A DNA stretch of 64,000 nucleotides from Candidatus Nomurabacteria bacterium RIFCSPHIGHO2_01_FULL_37_25 (lineage in GTDB: Bacteria > Patescibacteriota > Minisyncoccia > Phycocordibacterales > UBA9973). The position numbers and the translations under genes were made by a program. Below are positions 37,950 through 47,284 of the stretch, piece after piece; position 1 is the stretch's first letter, and each line of letters opens with the position of its first letter. The DNA lies in contig MFTH01000013.1 in NCBI GenBank assembly GCA_001786765.1, positions 19,974 to 83,973 on the forward strand, in the 5' to 3' direction. Below the pieces are notes generated by a model. The model was not told where the DNA came from. It made no database searches and was given only the letters and a program-made list of their open reading frames with translations.

Positions 37950-40181
37950 TTACTCCTGCACGCTGTAAATAATTCGCGTGGTAGTGAGGCTTTTGCTCTT
38001 CAGATTCTTCACTCGCACCTCAACCGGATACTTTTTAGAAGCGCTATCCACAGGAACACGAATCAGCATAGCCCCCCAAAACGTGCCGCCATCAGAATTT
38101 ACACTGACAGGATTCGTAAAATAAGATTCATACGACCAGCCCCTCGGAACTTTTGCGCTGATCTCAAAATCAGAAGAACCACAAAGTACACTATCGATAT
38201 TTTGTAAAATAATATAAAAATAAGAATAGCCCCCCGGGGAAACATCTACTGGTTTAGGATCTCCTGGAGCGCCTCCTCCAGCTATTTGCGGGTACAATAA
38301 TACAACCGCTGGTTTTTGGCGGACACATTTAGGTGAAAGAATCTTTACTTTAAAAGTAATACTAGAATCATCTTGGGCAAGAACGGGGCCGATAACTATA
38401 CCTTGTCCCGGGTCAAACAAACTCTTGCCTCCTTTGAGAAGGGCTACATCTGCCCAGTCTTTGTAGTCCGATGATTTCGGCGTCATATCGAGCAGTCTAG
38501 AAAATGGATATGAGAAAGGCGATAAAGCGCTGTTTATCAGAAGCCCGTTTTGATTGCTGGCCGCCTGGGGAGCATTGCTGACTATACCCGCATCAAACCC
38601 TTTTGGTCGCCGATATTCAACGTAGTAAGGCGCGCTTGGAAAAGACGGCGGAAAAATCTTTGCCGCGCGAACTCCCGATCCAGATTCTAAGGCATCGATG
38701 GTGTATGTTCCTGAAGTGGTAATGGCAAGTGGAGAATCCAACCAGCCCAAGACATCCTTAAAAAAGGCGTTGAAATGAAGCGCGATTGACCCATTACCCA
38801 TAACATCAAACAAATTTCCGTATTCAATATGTTGGCAATTGGAACCCGAGAGAACTTTTTTTGCCCCACATTCCCATGAGTTAGCGTGATACACCCCTAA
38901 ATTGTGTCCAAGCTCATGGCTAAGAATAAAATCTAAGACCGTAAACTCAAAGGGGCGAGTGCCAATAAATGTTGACCACTGGTACGAAAAATTTTGGAGA
39001 CTCCCGATCCACGCAAAAGAAAGGCGATGAATTTCCTCCCCAAGCGATATATCCAACTTTCCGATGCTAGCGAACCCACCACCCATGCTGTCATGGTTAG
39101 CGAAAAAGACGAGTCGCCCGTAGTTTTTTAGATTAATGCCCTCTGATTGAATAAATGAATATATGCCATCGTAATCACTCTCACCCTGGGACATAGGGAC
39201 CTGTGGCCATCGCCTATTTCCAGAAGCATCAATTCCATTACGCGGGGCTGTATACCATCCCACAACATCTCCGCTCCAAGATGTTTTGCCATACGAAACC
39301 TCGTGATAAAACTCCTGCATATTGCTTTCAAAAACTAATCTTTCTGCTTCGTCTCTTGTAAAGGGAACGGGCGGAGAATCAAGGAAATTTATGAGCACAA
39401 TAAGCGTTTTTTGCTCTCCAATACTATCCTGTTGCTCGGTTGCTTGAAGCACCTCAAAAGTATTGTCCGCCGCGACCGCGACTATATTCTCTCCGATCTG
39501 ATATCCTTTTACACGTACGCGAGAGCTCGGCATAAGAGGTTGGCTTGATCCAACAGGATAAAAACTATAACGCTTATTCTCTTGGCGAAGAAAATATTGA
39601 AACTCATCTGTTCTTTTCTCAAAGTCATCTTTGTGAATAACCTCCAAAGTAGCCTCTAAAACCACCGGTTGCTCTGCCTCTCTTTTTACTTCTTCTGGTA
39701 GATCAGCAAGTACAGTTTCTGGGAAAAGTTCCATAAATGCGGTGGCTGGGTCATTTTTAAGGAGCGTGGAAAGTAAATTGCTTCGTTCCCGCAAAAGCTT
39801 GCGCATGGCAGTAATGCTTGTGGTACGGGTTGCTCCGACTTCATTTTTTACTTTTTTGGCAAGTTTTATGGCTTTACCAGAAACCTCTCGTATCTTTTTA
39901 CTTTCTGTGGTCTCCTGGGCACGGATGGAAAAAGTGGGGAACACATCTTCTGACTCTATATACGCAGTATCTTCCTCCATAGCCAGTGTTTTCTCAAATG
40001 TACCCGAGCGGGACGCAAGTAGAGCAAAAGCCACTACCATTCCTACTACAAACATGCCTATCAAAGTCAAAGTGAACAGCGACACACGCTTTTTACCTAT
40101 CACGACAAAATTTCCTTTAAGGAGGTCGAGTGAATGTTTTACCAGTTTGTCTGCGGGGCGGAGAGGGTCCATAGCTTTCAT
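37950..40181 (-). CDS. Large N-terminally membrane-anchored zinc metalloprotease-like protein (HExxHxxGxxH metzincin-type motif)
   Basis: TM helix at about residues 35-55. ILSHELGHNLGVYHANSW is a zinc-binding signature. A C-terminal roughly 250-aa beta-rich domain follows. Confidence 0.6.
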   Translation of the reverse strand: MKAMDPLRPADKLVKHSLDLLKGNFVVIGKKRVSLFTLTLIGMFVVGMVVAFALLASRSGTFEKTLAMEEDTAYIESEDVFPTFSIRAQETTESKKIREVSGKAIKLAKKVKNEVGATRTTSITAMRKLLRERSNLLSTLLKNDPATAFMELFPETVLADLPEEVKREAEQPVVLEATLEVIHKDDFEKRTDEFQYFLRQENKRYSFYPVGSSQPLMPSSRVRVKGYQIGENIVAVAADNTFEVLQATEQQDSIGEQKTLIVLINFLDSPPVPFTRDEAERLVFESNMQEFYHEVSYGKTSWSGDVVGWYTAPRNGIDASGNRRWPQVPMSQGESDYDGIYSFIQSEGINLKNYGRLVFFANHDSMGGGFASIGKLDISLGEEIHRLSFAWIGSLQNFSYQWSTFIGTRPFEFTVLDFILSHELGHNLGVYHANSWECGAKKVLSGSNCQHIEYGNLFDVMGNGSIALHFNAFFKDVLGWLDSPLAITTSGTYTIDALESGSGVRAAKIFPPSFPSAPYYVEYRRPKGFDAGIVSNAPQAASNQNGLLINSALSPFSYPFSRLLDMTPKSSDYKDWADVALLKGGKSLFDPGQGIVIGPVLAQDDSSITFKVKILSPKCVRQKPAVVLLYPQIAGGGAPGDPKPVDVSPGGYSYFYIILQNIDSVLCGSSDFEISAKVPRGWSYESYFTNPVSVNSDGGTFWGAMLIRVPVDSASKKYPVEVRVKNLKSKSLTTTRIIYSVQE

Positions 40182-40308
40182 TATAACATGGATGTAATAA
40201 ACACATGCAAAATTATGTAGTTCAATTTTATGGCATGATGTCTAAAAACGCATATTCGGGCATCAGGTTTTATTATTTTTAGTTTTTCGTGCTGTTTTTT
40301 TACGTATC

Positions 40309-41088
40309 TTATTCCATCTTCCCCTTAAACACAAACATCGCTTCACCACGAAGAATGATTTCATCTTTTTCATTTTCTGATAGATGTAAATTCCCACCGG
40401 GAAATTCTAGAGTTATTTCGTCTTTATTTTTAAGGTTTTTTTGAAGAATTGCATAAACAGCGCAAGCGCCAGTACCACAAGCGAGGGTCGCCCCAGATCC
40501 GCGTTCCCAGACTTTCACTTTAAAATAATCCTCTGAAACTTTTTCTATAAACTCTACATTTATTTTATTTGGGAAATGAGAATCAGTCTCTATTTTAGGA
40601 CCAATTTCTGATATGTTAATTAAGGAAAGATCTTTTACTATACCCACAGCGTGGGGGTTACCCATGGAAACAAAATTGAATTCAATATTTTCTAATTTAA
40701 GAGATTTTTCGGGAAAATCAAGATGTGAAAATACAGGAATTCCCATATTTACAGAAAAGCTTCCATCGTCGTTGCATACTACTTTCTTCACTCCAGCCCT
40801 CGTATCAATCGATAACTCTCTCTTATGAGATTTTATCTGTTCTATAAAAAATTTAGCTATGCATCTCACTCCATTGCCACACATTTCTGCCACGCTACCA
40901 TCAGCATTGTAATAATTCATAAAACAATCTGCCTTGTCGGACGACTCAAGAAGTATTAAACCATCTGCGCCTATACCAAAATGCCTGTCGCACAAAAGTT
41001 TGATGTTTTTAATATCAAAACTCTTATCACGATTATCAATTATGATAAAATCATTCCCCGCGCCATGATATTTATAAAATTCTTTCAT
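40309..41088 (-). CDS. dapF: Diaminopimelate epimerase
   Basis: YHGAGNDFIIID and CGNGVRC active-site Cys motifs, and a second Cys in …GSGATLACGTG…. Confidence 0.9.
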   Translation of the reverse strand: MKEFYKYHGAGNDFIIIDNRDKSFDIKNIKLLCDRHFGIGADGLILLESSDKADCFMNYYNADGSVAEMCGNGVRCIAKFFIEQIKSHKRELSIDTRAGVKKVVCNDDGSFSVNMGIPVFSHLDFPEKSLKLENIEFNFVSMGNPHAVGIVKDLSLINISEIGPKIETDSHFPNKINVEFIEKVSEDYFKVKVWERGSGATLACGTGACAVYAILQKNLKNKDEITLEFPGGNLHLSENEKDEIILRGEAMFVFKGKME

Positions 41089-41097
41089 AATTTTATT

Positions 41098-42198
41098 TTA
41101 CTTTATGTAACCCTTTTTTACCAATAATTCAGCAGTCAATACGCTTCCACCGGCTGCGCCCCTTATGGTATTGTGTGATAACGCGACGCATTTCCAACCT
41201 AAAACAGGATCTACCCTAATACGACCGACGCTAATTCCCATACCATTATATAAATCTCGGTCAAGCTTTGTCTGCGGTCGGTCCGGCTCCTTGAAATATG
41301 TCAGGAATGCTTTCGGGGCGGAAGGTAATTTAAAGATATCTAAGGGGTTGTTGAAATTTTTTAAAGATTTTATAAGTTTTTCTTTTGAAACCTTTTTTTT
41401 AAATTTAATATTTATTGTTGCCATATGACCATCAGCAACAGGAACTCGGACACAATTAGCTGATATTTTTGGTATGTTTTTAAAAACAAATCCGCCTTTT
41501 TTAATCTTATTTATTTTGCCAAAAATTTTTTTTGGTTCTCTTTCAGATTTTTCTTCTTCCCCGCCTATGTAAGGGATAACATTATCAACCATTTCCGGCC
41601 AAGAGTTAAAAGTTTTGCTTGCCCCAGAAATTGCTTGATAAGTTGAAACAATTACTTTTTGTGGTTGAAAATTTCTCCAGGCAAACAAAAGTGGCGCATA
41701 AGATTGAATAGAACAATTTGGTTTGGTAACAATAAACCCGGTCGTCCAGCCACGATTCTTTTTCTGTATAGGAATAATATCCAAATGATGAGGATTAATC
41801 TCGGGCATAATCATAGGTATATCGGATGTCCATCGATGCGCCGAATTATTAGAAATAACTGGGAGCCCGGCTTTCGCATAAGCTTCCTCAATTTTTTTGA
41901 TAAAATCCTTATCAGCATCAATAGCCGAAAAAACAAAACTGCATTTTTGAGAAATAGTATCTAAATCATCTTCTATAGAGCCCACAATAAACTCTCCCAC
42001 GTCTTTTGGGATTGATTCTTTTTGCGACCATCGCCCTTTTACGGCTTGTTCATACGTTTTACCAGAAGACTTTCTAGAAGCCGCAACATATGTGACAGTA
42101 AACCATGGATGGTCTTTTAATAAACAAACAAACCTTTGACCAACCATGCCGGTCGCTCCTAATATACCAACTGAAATTTTTTTATTTAATTTTTTCAT
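41098..42198 (-). CDS. asd: Aspartate-semialdehyde dehydrogenase
   Basis: NAD-binding VGILGATGMVGQRF. Catalytic Cys in …PNCSI…. C-terminal dimerisation domain. Confidence 0.9.
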   Translation of the reverse strand: MKKLNKKISVGILGATGMVGQRFVCLLKDHPWFTVTYVAASRKSSGKTYEQAVKGRWSQKESIPKDVGEFIVGSIEDDLDTISQKCSFVFSAIDADKDFIKKIEEAYAKAGLPVISNNSAHRWTSDIPMIMPEINPHHLDIIPIQKKNRGWTTGFIVTKPNCSIQSYAPLLFAWRNFQPQKVIVSTYQAISGASKTFNSWPEMVDNVIPYIGGEEEKSEREPKKIFGKINKIKKGGFVFKNIPKISANCVRVPVADGHMATINIKFKKKVSKEKLIKSLKNFNNPLDIFKLPSAPKAFLTYFKEPDRPQTKLDRDLYNGMGISVGRIRVDPVLGWKCVALSHNTIRGAAGGSVLTAELLVKKGYIK

Positions 42199-43096
42199 TT
42201 TTATTGCTTATTAAAGTCCCTGTACTTGTCGGATTAAAAGTGTTTTTGATGTAAATAGGTATATTTTTAAAAACTGCTGGTTTGATAGCTTTAGGATGAA
42301 TAACTTTCGCGCCATTATATGCCATCTCTTCCGCTTTTTCATAAGATATATCTCTGATAAGAAATGTGTTTTTTATTTTTCTGGGATCGGCTGTCATGAT
42401 ACCGTCAACATCAGTCCATATCTCAATTGCTGATGCGTCAAGCGCCGCGCCTACTAAAGAAGCAGTATAATCAGACCCCCCGCGACCAAGAGTCGTAGTT
42501 GTTCCGTTTTTTGTAGAAGCAATAAATCCACCCATAATAACTATGTTATGTTTGTTTTTTAAGCATTCTGAAATAAGTTTATAGGAAGTTTCTATATCCA
42601 CATTTGCATTGCCAAAGTTATCATCTGTCTTGATAATATTTCTTGAATCAACAAATTCACATAAAACACCCCTGCTTTTTATTATTTCACTTATTATGTA
42701 CGATGATAACTGCTCGCCAAAACTCATCACGACATCTAAAGAAGACAAAGGAATTTCTTGCGTTGAAAAAATATTTTTTATTATTTCTTCTAGTTCTTTA
42801 TATTTTTTATCTATTTCTTTTAATATATTTTTGTTCTTTTTTGAATCAATTAATTCCTCAACAATTTGGTCATGTTTTTCGCAAATATTTTTAAAAATTA
42901 TCTTATATGCAAGGTCTCTTTTGGAAGCAAAATTTGCAAGTTTTATAAGATCGTCAGTAATGCCGCTTAAAGCAGAAACAACTATAAATATGTCATCTTT
43001 TTTAGCTTGCGACTCTAACACAATATCAATAACTTTGTTGATATTAGAAGCGTGAGCTACTGACGTGCCGCCAAATTTCATAATTTTAATGCTCAT
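42182..43096 (-). CDS. lysC: Aspartate kinase, catalytic domain only (no ACT domains)
   Basis: IMKFGGTSVA N-terminal motif and amino-acid-kinase fold motifs (…VVSALSGITD…, …GRGGSDYTAS…). 304 aa, so the regulatory ACT pair is absent. Confidence 0.8.
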   Translation of the reverse strand: MSIKIMKFGGTSVAHASNINKVIDIVLESQAKKDDIFIVVSALSGITDDLIKLANFASKRDLAYKIIFKNICEKHDQIVEELIDSKKNKNILKEIDKKYKELEEIIKNIFSTQEIPLSSLDVVMSFGEQLSSYIISEIIKSRGVLCEFVDSRNIIKTDDNFGNANVDIETSYKLISECLKNKHNIVIMGGFIASTKNGTTTTLGRGGSDYTASLVGAALDASAIEIWTDVDGIMTADPRKIKNTFLIRDISYEKAEEMAYNGAKVIHPKAIKPAVFKNIPIYIKNTFNPTSTGTLISNKNEKIK

Positions 43097-43132
43097 TCTG
43101 TTGAAAAATTAATTTTTTTTTATAATCTTTCA

Positions 43133-44356
43133 TTATAACTTTAAGCTCTCTTGAATACTTTCAATAGCTTTTTTTATGTCTTGTTTATTTCCGAATGCAG
43201 TCAAACGAACATAACCTTCTCCTTGCGTCCCAAAACCAGAACCCGGAGTGACGACAACATGCGCTTCTTTTAACAATTTATTGAAAAATTCCCAAGAACT
43301 CAAATTGTCAGGATTTTTTAACCAAATATAAGGCGCGTGTTCCCCTCCAAAAACTTTCAGGCCAAGTTTCAAAAGGTTCTTTTTTATCAAGGTTGCGTTG
43401 CTCATATAATAAGCAATTATTTTTTTACTTTCTTTTTGACCGGCAACCGATAGCGCCGCCAAGGCGCCTTCCTGCGCGATGTTAGATGCTCCGTTAAACA
43501 TGCTGCCCTGACGCCTAGCCCAAACATTATTAATCTTGCCTTCTTTCACCTCTTCCGCAATCAAATCCATAGGCACAACAGTCCAGCCCAGTCGGACGCC
43601 AGTAAAACCCGCCCATTTAGAAAAACTATTTATTTCTATGGCGCACTTTTTAGCCCCCTCTATTTCATATATGCTTTTAGGAAAAGATTCATCAGAAATA
43701 TATTCAACATAGGCTGCGTCAAAAATTATAACTGCTTTGTTTTTTAACGCATAATCAACAAAATCTTTTAATTGTTTTTTTGTGGCAACAGCCCCAGTGG
43801 GATTATTTGGATTACAGAGATAAATTATATCTACTTTTTGCTTTGGCGGAGAAGGTATGAAATTATTTTTTTCATTACATTCCATATATACTAAATTTTC
43901 ATATTTTCCATTAGCAAATTTTCCTGTCCTACCGGCAATAACAGCGCTGTCTAAATACACCGGATAGACAGGGTCCGCAATAGCCACAACATTATCTAAC
44001 CCAAAAATTGATTGGATATTGGCTGAATCCGATTTCGCTCCATCGCTGATGAAAATTTCTTGCTGGTCTAAATCAATTTTTCTTTTTTTATAAAAATCAA
44101 CCAAAGCATTTCGCAATCTGATGTCGCCTTGCGTATCTCCATAGCCAGTGTATGTTTTGATTTTGGCAAGCTTTTCCACCCCTTTCTTTAGTCCTTTGAT
44201 AACAGTCGGAGTTAAAGGCAAGATGGTGTCGCCAATGCCCAGCCGCATAATTTCTATCCCCGGATTTTTTTCCATAAAATCTTTGGCGCGTTTGGCTATT
44301 TCAGAAAACAGATATGCGCCTTGCAGTTTATTGTAATTTTTATTAACACTAGCCAT
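43133..44356 (-). CDS. dapL: LL-diaminopimelate aminotransferase (class I aminotransferase)
   Basis: …LQGAYLFSEIAKR… N-terminus. PLP-Lys region SFSKWAGFTGVRLGW. Roughly 407 aa. Sits inside a dap operon. Confidence 0.75.
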   Translation of the reverse strand: MASVNKNYNKLQGAYLFSEIAKRAKDFMEKNPGIEIMRLGIGDTILPLTPTVIKGLKKGVEKLAKIKTYTGYGDTQGDIRLRNALVDFYKKRKIDLDQQEIFISDGAKSDSANIQSIFGLDNVVAIADPVYPVYLDSAVIAGRTGKFANGKYENLVYMECNEKNNFIPSPPKQKVDIIYLCNPNNPTGAVATKKQLKDFVDYALKNKAVIIFDAAYVEYISDESFPKSIYEIEGAKKCAIEINSFSKWAGFTGVRLGWTVVPMDLIAEEVKEGKINNVWARRQGSMFNGASNIAQEGALAALSVAGQKESKKIIAYYMSNATLIKKNLLKLGLKVFGGEHAPYIWLKNPDNLSSWEFFNKLLKEAHVVVTPGSGFGTQGEGYVRLTAFGNKQDIKKAIESIQESLKL

Positions 44357-44370
44357 CCTTATTATAAAAT

Positions 44371-45291
44371 TTAAATTAATTTTAATTCTTGCAAAACCTT
44401 TTTTACCAGAATTTTATTTCTATCTTCAATGAGAGTCAGTGGCAACCTCAAACTCTCCGTAATTATTCCCATTAAAGACAACGCTGTCTTAACCGGAATC
44501 GGATTAGATTCAACAAAATTAACATCCATCAAAGGAAGTATCTTAAAATGCAATTTTCTTGCTTCCTTAAAATCACCTTTCAAAGCAAAATGAATCATCT
44601 CAGAAAACAATTTAGGAACCTCGTTGCAAACAACTGAAATACAACCCTTGCCTCCGATGGACACAAGAGGCAAAGCTAGAGCATCATCTCCAGATAAAAC
44701 AAAAAAGTCTTTGGGACCATTTTTCTCCACTTCATTAATAATTTCCATCATCTGATTTAAAGAACCAGAAGCTTCCTTGACTGCCACAACTTCCGGCACT
44801 TCTCGGGCAATTCTTACTATGGTTTGAGGAGAAACATTAGATCCAGTCCGCCCCGGAACATTGTAAATAATAATGGGCATATTTAAAGCTTTGGCAATTT
44901 CTTTGAAATGAAGAACTAGCCCATTAGGAGTTGGCTTGTTGTAATAAGGGGTTACATGAAGCAAACCATCCGCTCCGGCGGACTTTGCAAGTTTTGAAAA
45001 ATGAATTGCTTTTTTAGTGTCATTTGAACCAGCTCCGGCAATCACTGGAACTCTAATCTTTCTTGTAGGAAATTTTTTAACGACCGCAACTACCGTCTGT
45101 ATAACCGCCACATATTCCTCATCATTTAATGTAGCCGCTTCTCCGGTAGAACCAGCCACTACGATCGCATCCACTCCGCCTTCTATTTGATATTTAACTA
45201 ATTTCTCTAAAGCTAACAAATCCAGCTCTCCATTTTTTTTAAACGGAGTAACTATTGCCGGTATAGAACCAAAAAATTTTATCTTATTCAT
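44371..45291 (-). CDS. dapA: 4-hydroxy-tetrahydrodipicolinate synthase
   Basis: …GSIPAIVTPF…; GSTGEAATL; catalytic Lys region (…VVAVKEASGS…). Confidence 0.9.
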   Translation of the reverse strand: MNKIKFFGSIPAIVTPFKKNGELDLLALEKLVKYQIEGGVDAIVVAGSTGEAATLNDEEYVAVIQTVVAVVKKFPTRKIRVPVIAGAGSNDTKKAIHFSKLAKSAGADGLLHVTPYYNKPTPNGLVLHFKEIAKALNMPIIIYNVPGRTGSNVSPQTIVRIAREVPEVVAVKEASGSLNQMMEIINEVEKNGPKDFFVLSGDDALALPLVSIGGKGCISVVCNEVPKLFSEMIHFALKGDFKEARKLHFKILPLMDVNFVESNPIPVKTALSLMGIITESLRLPLTLIEDRNKILVKKVLQELKLI

Positions 45292-45299
45292 ATTTTTTT

Positions 45300-45995
45300 T
45301 TATATTTTAAATAAGTCTTCAAATGCGTGTATTCCTTTTTTGTTTTTAATAAATTCAGCCGCGACTAATGCCCCTTTGGCAAACCCGACTCTATTATATG
45401 CTTGATGAGACAAGGTTATGCCGTCAGCGTTACTATCAAACACAACCTCATGGAAACCCGGATTCCTGCCGGCTCTAACAGAAGTAAAGTTAAGTCCCTT
45501 AATTTTATCTGCTATTTTTAAAGCTGTGCCAGAAGGACTATCCAATTTTGTTTTATGATGAATTTCCAATCCATACACATCATAATCTGGAAATCTGGAA
45601 AGAAGTTTCGCAGAAAAATCTATTATTTTAAAAAAAATATTAACTCCAACGGAAAAATTCGGGCTATACACCAAACCTATTTTATATTTTTTAATTATTT
45701 TCCTAACTATTTCTAAATCACCAGACCATCCAGTCGTGCCAACAACTAAGTTCACACCGAGTTTTGCAACCTCTTCGATATTTTTCAACACTACATCTTT
45801 TGATGTAAAATCAATAGCCACGTCTGCTTTGGCAATACTTTTAAGATCCAACTTGTCATTTATATTTTTATAATTAATAGAAACAATTTCAAAATCTCTA
45901 GAATCTCGACACAATGCGTCGATTTCCTGACCCATTTTACCATAACCTATCAAGGCGATTTTTACTCTATTTGTTTTGCTTATTTTATTTAACAT
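45300..45995 (-). CDS. dapB: 4-hydroxy-tetrahydrodipicolinate reductase
   Basis: IALIGYGKMGQEI Rossmann motif; …EIHHKTKLDSPSGTA… catalytic motif. Confidence 0.9.
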   Translation of the reverse strand: MLNKISKTNRVKIALIGYGKMGQEIDALCRDSRDFEIVSINYKNINDKLDLKSIAKADVAIDFTSKDVVLKNIEEVAKLGVNLVVGTTGWSGDLEIVRKIIKKYKIGLVYSPNFSVGVNIFFKIIDFSAKLLSRFPDYDVYGLEIHHKTKLDSPSGTALKIADKIKGLNFTSVRAGRNPGFHEVVFDSNADGITLSHQAYNRVGFAKGALVAAEFIKNKKGIHAFEDLFKI

Positions 45996-46026
45996 ACCAT
46001 TTTTATTATACTACACCCTTTATCAT

Positions 46027-46161
46027 GAATTACGAAACTCGTCGAAGGCATGTCTTTTTTAGGGGGTTTCGAGGCTGTCGAGCCGAGAACTTCAGGATTT
46101 TTTAAACTTAAAAAAATCCGTACCCTAGAAAAAGACATGCCTAGAAAGAGTTTCGTAATTC
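46027..46161. repeat. Nested-hairpin repeat element, copy 3 (B-type arms gaattacgaaactcgtcgaaggcatgtcttttt … aaaaagacatgcctagaaagagtttcgtaattc)
   Basis: Same conserved core as copies 1, 2 and 4. The right arm supplies the last 7 codons plus the stop of the downstream IMPase-family gene. Confidence 0.8.
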
Positions 46162-46905
46162 AAAGTTTATCAGCTTTTTAATCTGGTCATAAATCATGGC
46201 ATTGCTAGCAATAATTCCCTCTGTGGTAGAGGTTAAAGCCTCACCATTGAAATCAGTAAACTTTCCACCAGCCTCTTCTACTAAAAGCTTCCCGGCAAAT
46301 TCTGGAAATGTATCATAATTAAAAGAAATAGCAAAATCCGCCCTACCACAAGCCACATAAGCGTAATGCACTCCCAGAGAACCGAGGTTCCTCATCACGC
46401 TACTATTTTGCGATAAAATGGAAATGGTTTTTAAAAATTTTTCTCTGTGCGGAGGAACTGCGTATGGACCAATCATAAAAATCATGTCTTGATTGCGCTT
46501 AGAAACATAAACTCTTTTATTATTTAAAAATGTTCCTTTGCCTTTTTCTGCGGTAAATAATTCTTTATTGGAGGGATCATAAACTACCGCAAACTGCGTT
46601 TCTCCTTTATAAAGATGACTTAACACCACCGAATAGTGAGGCATGCCTTGAATAAAATTTATTGTATTACTAATAGGATCAATGATCCAGACATTTTCAT
46701 CTTCAATAAAAATATTGTGCATCTCTTCAGCATAGACTGAATGAGCGCCCGGAAAAGTATTTATCAGATTAGCAAGTTCTGTTTCTATTTCTATATCTTT
46801 CTGCGTCAACCATTGTTTGCTTTTCCCTACATCAAGGGTATGTCCCGCAATAGCCGGAAGTGAGTCCCCAAGCTCAACTATTTTTTTAATTATTTCTTGA
46901 TACAT
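46141..46905 (-). CDS. Inositol monophosphatase family protein (SuhB/ImpA-like)
   Basis: …VWIIDPISNT…; …HSVYAEE…; C-terminal …YAYVACGRADFAI… metal-binding motifs. Confidence 0.8.
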   Translation of the reverse strand: MYQEIIKKIVELGDSLPAIAGHTLDVGKSKQWLTQKDIEIETELANLINTFPGAHSVYAEEMHNIFIEDENVWIIDPISNTINFIQGMPHYSVVLSHLYKGETQFAVVYDPSNKELFTAEKGKGTFLNNKRVYVSKRNQDMIFMIGPYAVPPHREKFLKTISILSQNSSVMRNLGSLGVHYAYVACGRADFAISFNYDTFPEFAGKLLVEEAGGKFTDFNGEALTSTTEGIIASNAMIYDQIKKLINFELRNSF

Positions 46906-46974
46906 TATATTAGAGAGTAACAGAAGAAGCCCTGTTTATCAATAAAGATAAACTGTTTTTTGCCAAATAAAAAA

Positions 46975-47130
46975 GCATTAATCTCTAAACAATCCTTTTG
47001 AAGCTAAGCTCCAAGAGTAACAAATTATTAGAGGATAGCGCCAGTCACGCCAGAGGCGAACCAGAACGTCCTGCGCAAACTCGTATAACCGATGGCTGAT
47101 TGCTTAGAGATTAATGCCTTCTAATTTTTA
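46975..47130 (+). ncRNA. Candidate structured small RNA (identity unresolved)
   Basis: A 20-bp terminal helix (gcattaatctctaaacaatc at 46975 pairs with gattgcttagagattaatgc at 47099, one mismatch) encloses a GC-richer core (…gcgccagtcacgccagaggcgaaccagaacgtcctgcgc…). It is followed by a T-rich tract and lies in a divergent spacer with no ORF. Confidence 0.35.
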
Positions 47131-47284
47131 TTTATAAAAATTACCCTGAGTAAAATCGAAGGGTCAACCTCTGCTGATATATTCTACTACATTGAAATCA
47201 CTACAAATGCTATAATGTGCATAGCTATGTTGATACTGTGTTAATAACTATACCACTTCCGCAGTGTAGCATAATGTTAAGCTA

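Noticed and set aside
45914-46105. ORFs 45914-46105 (+) and 57205-57423 (-)
   Set aside because: They lie entirely within the nested-hairpin repeat copies and have no start context. They are translations of a non-coding repeat.
46975-47130. Calling the structured spacer specifically SRP RNA (ffs)
   Set aside because: The terminal-helix architecture fits, but the conserved domain IV sequence could not be matched by eye, so only a generic ncRNA candidate is reported.
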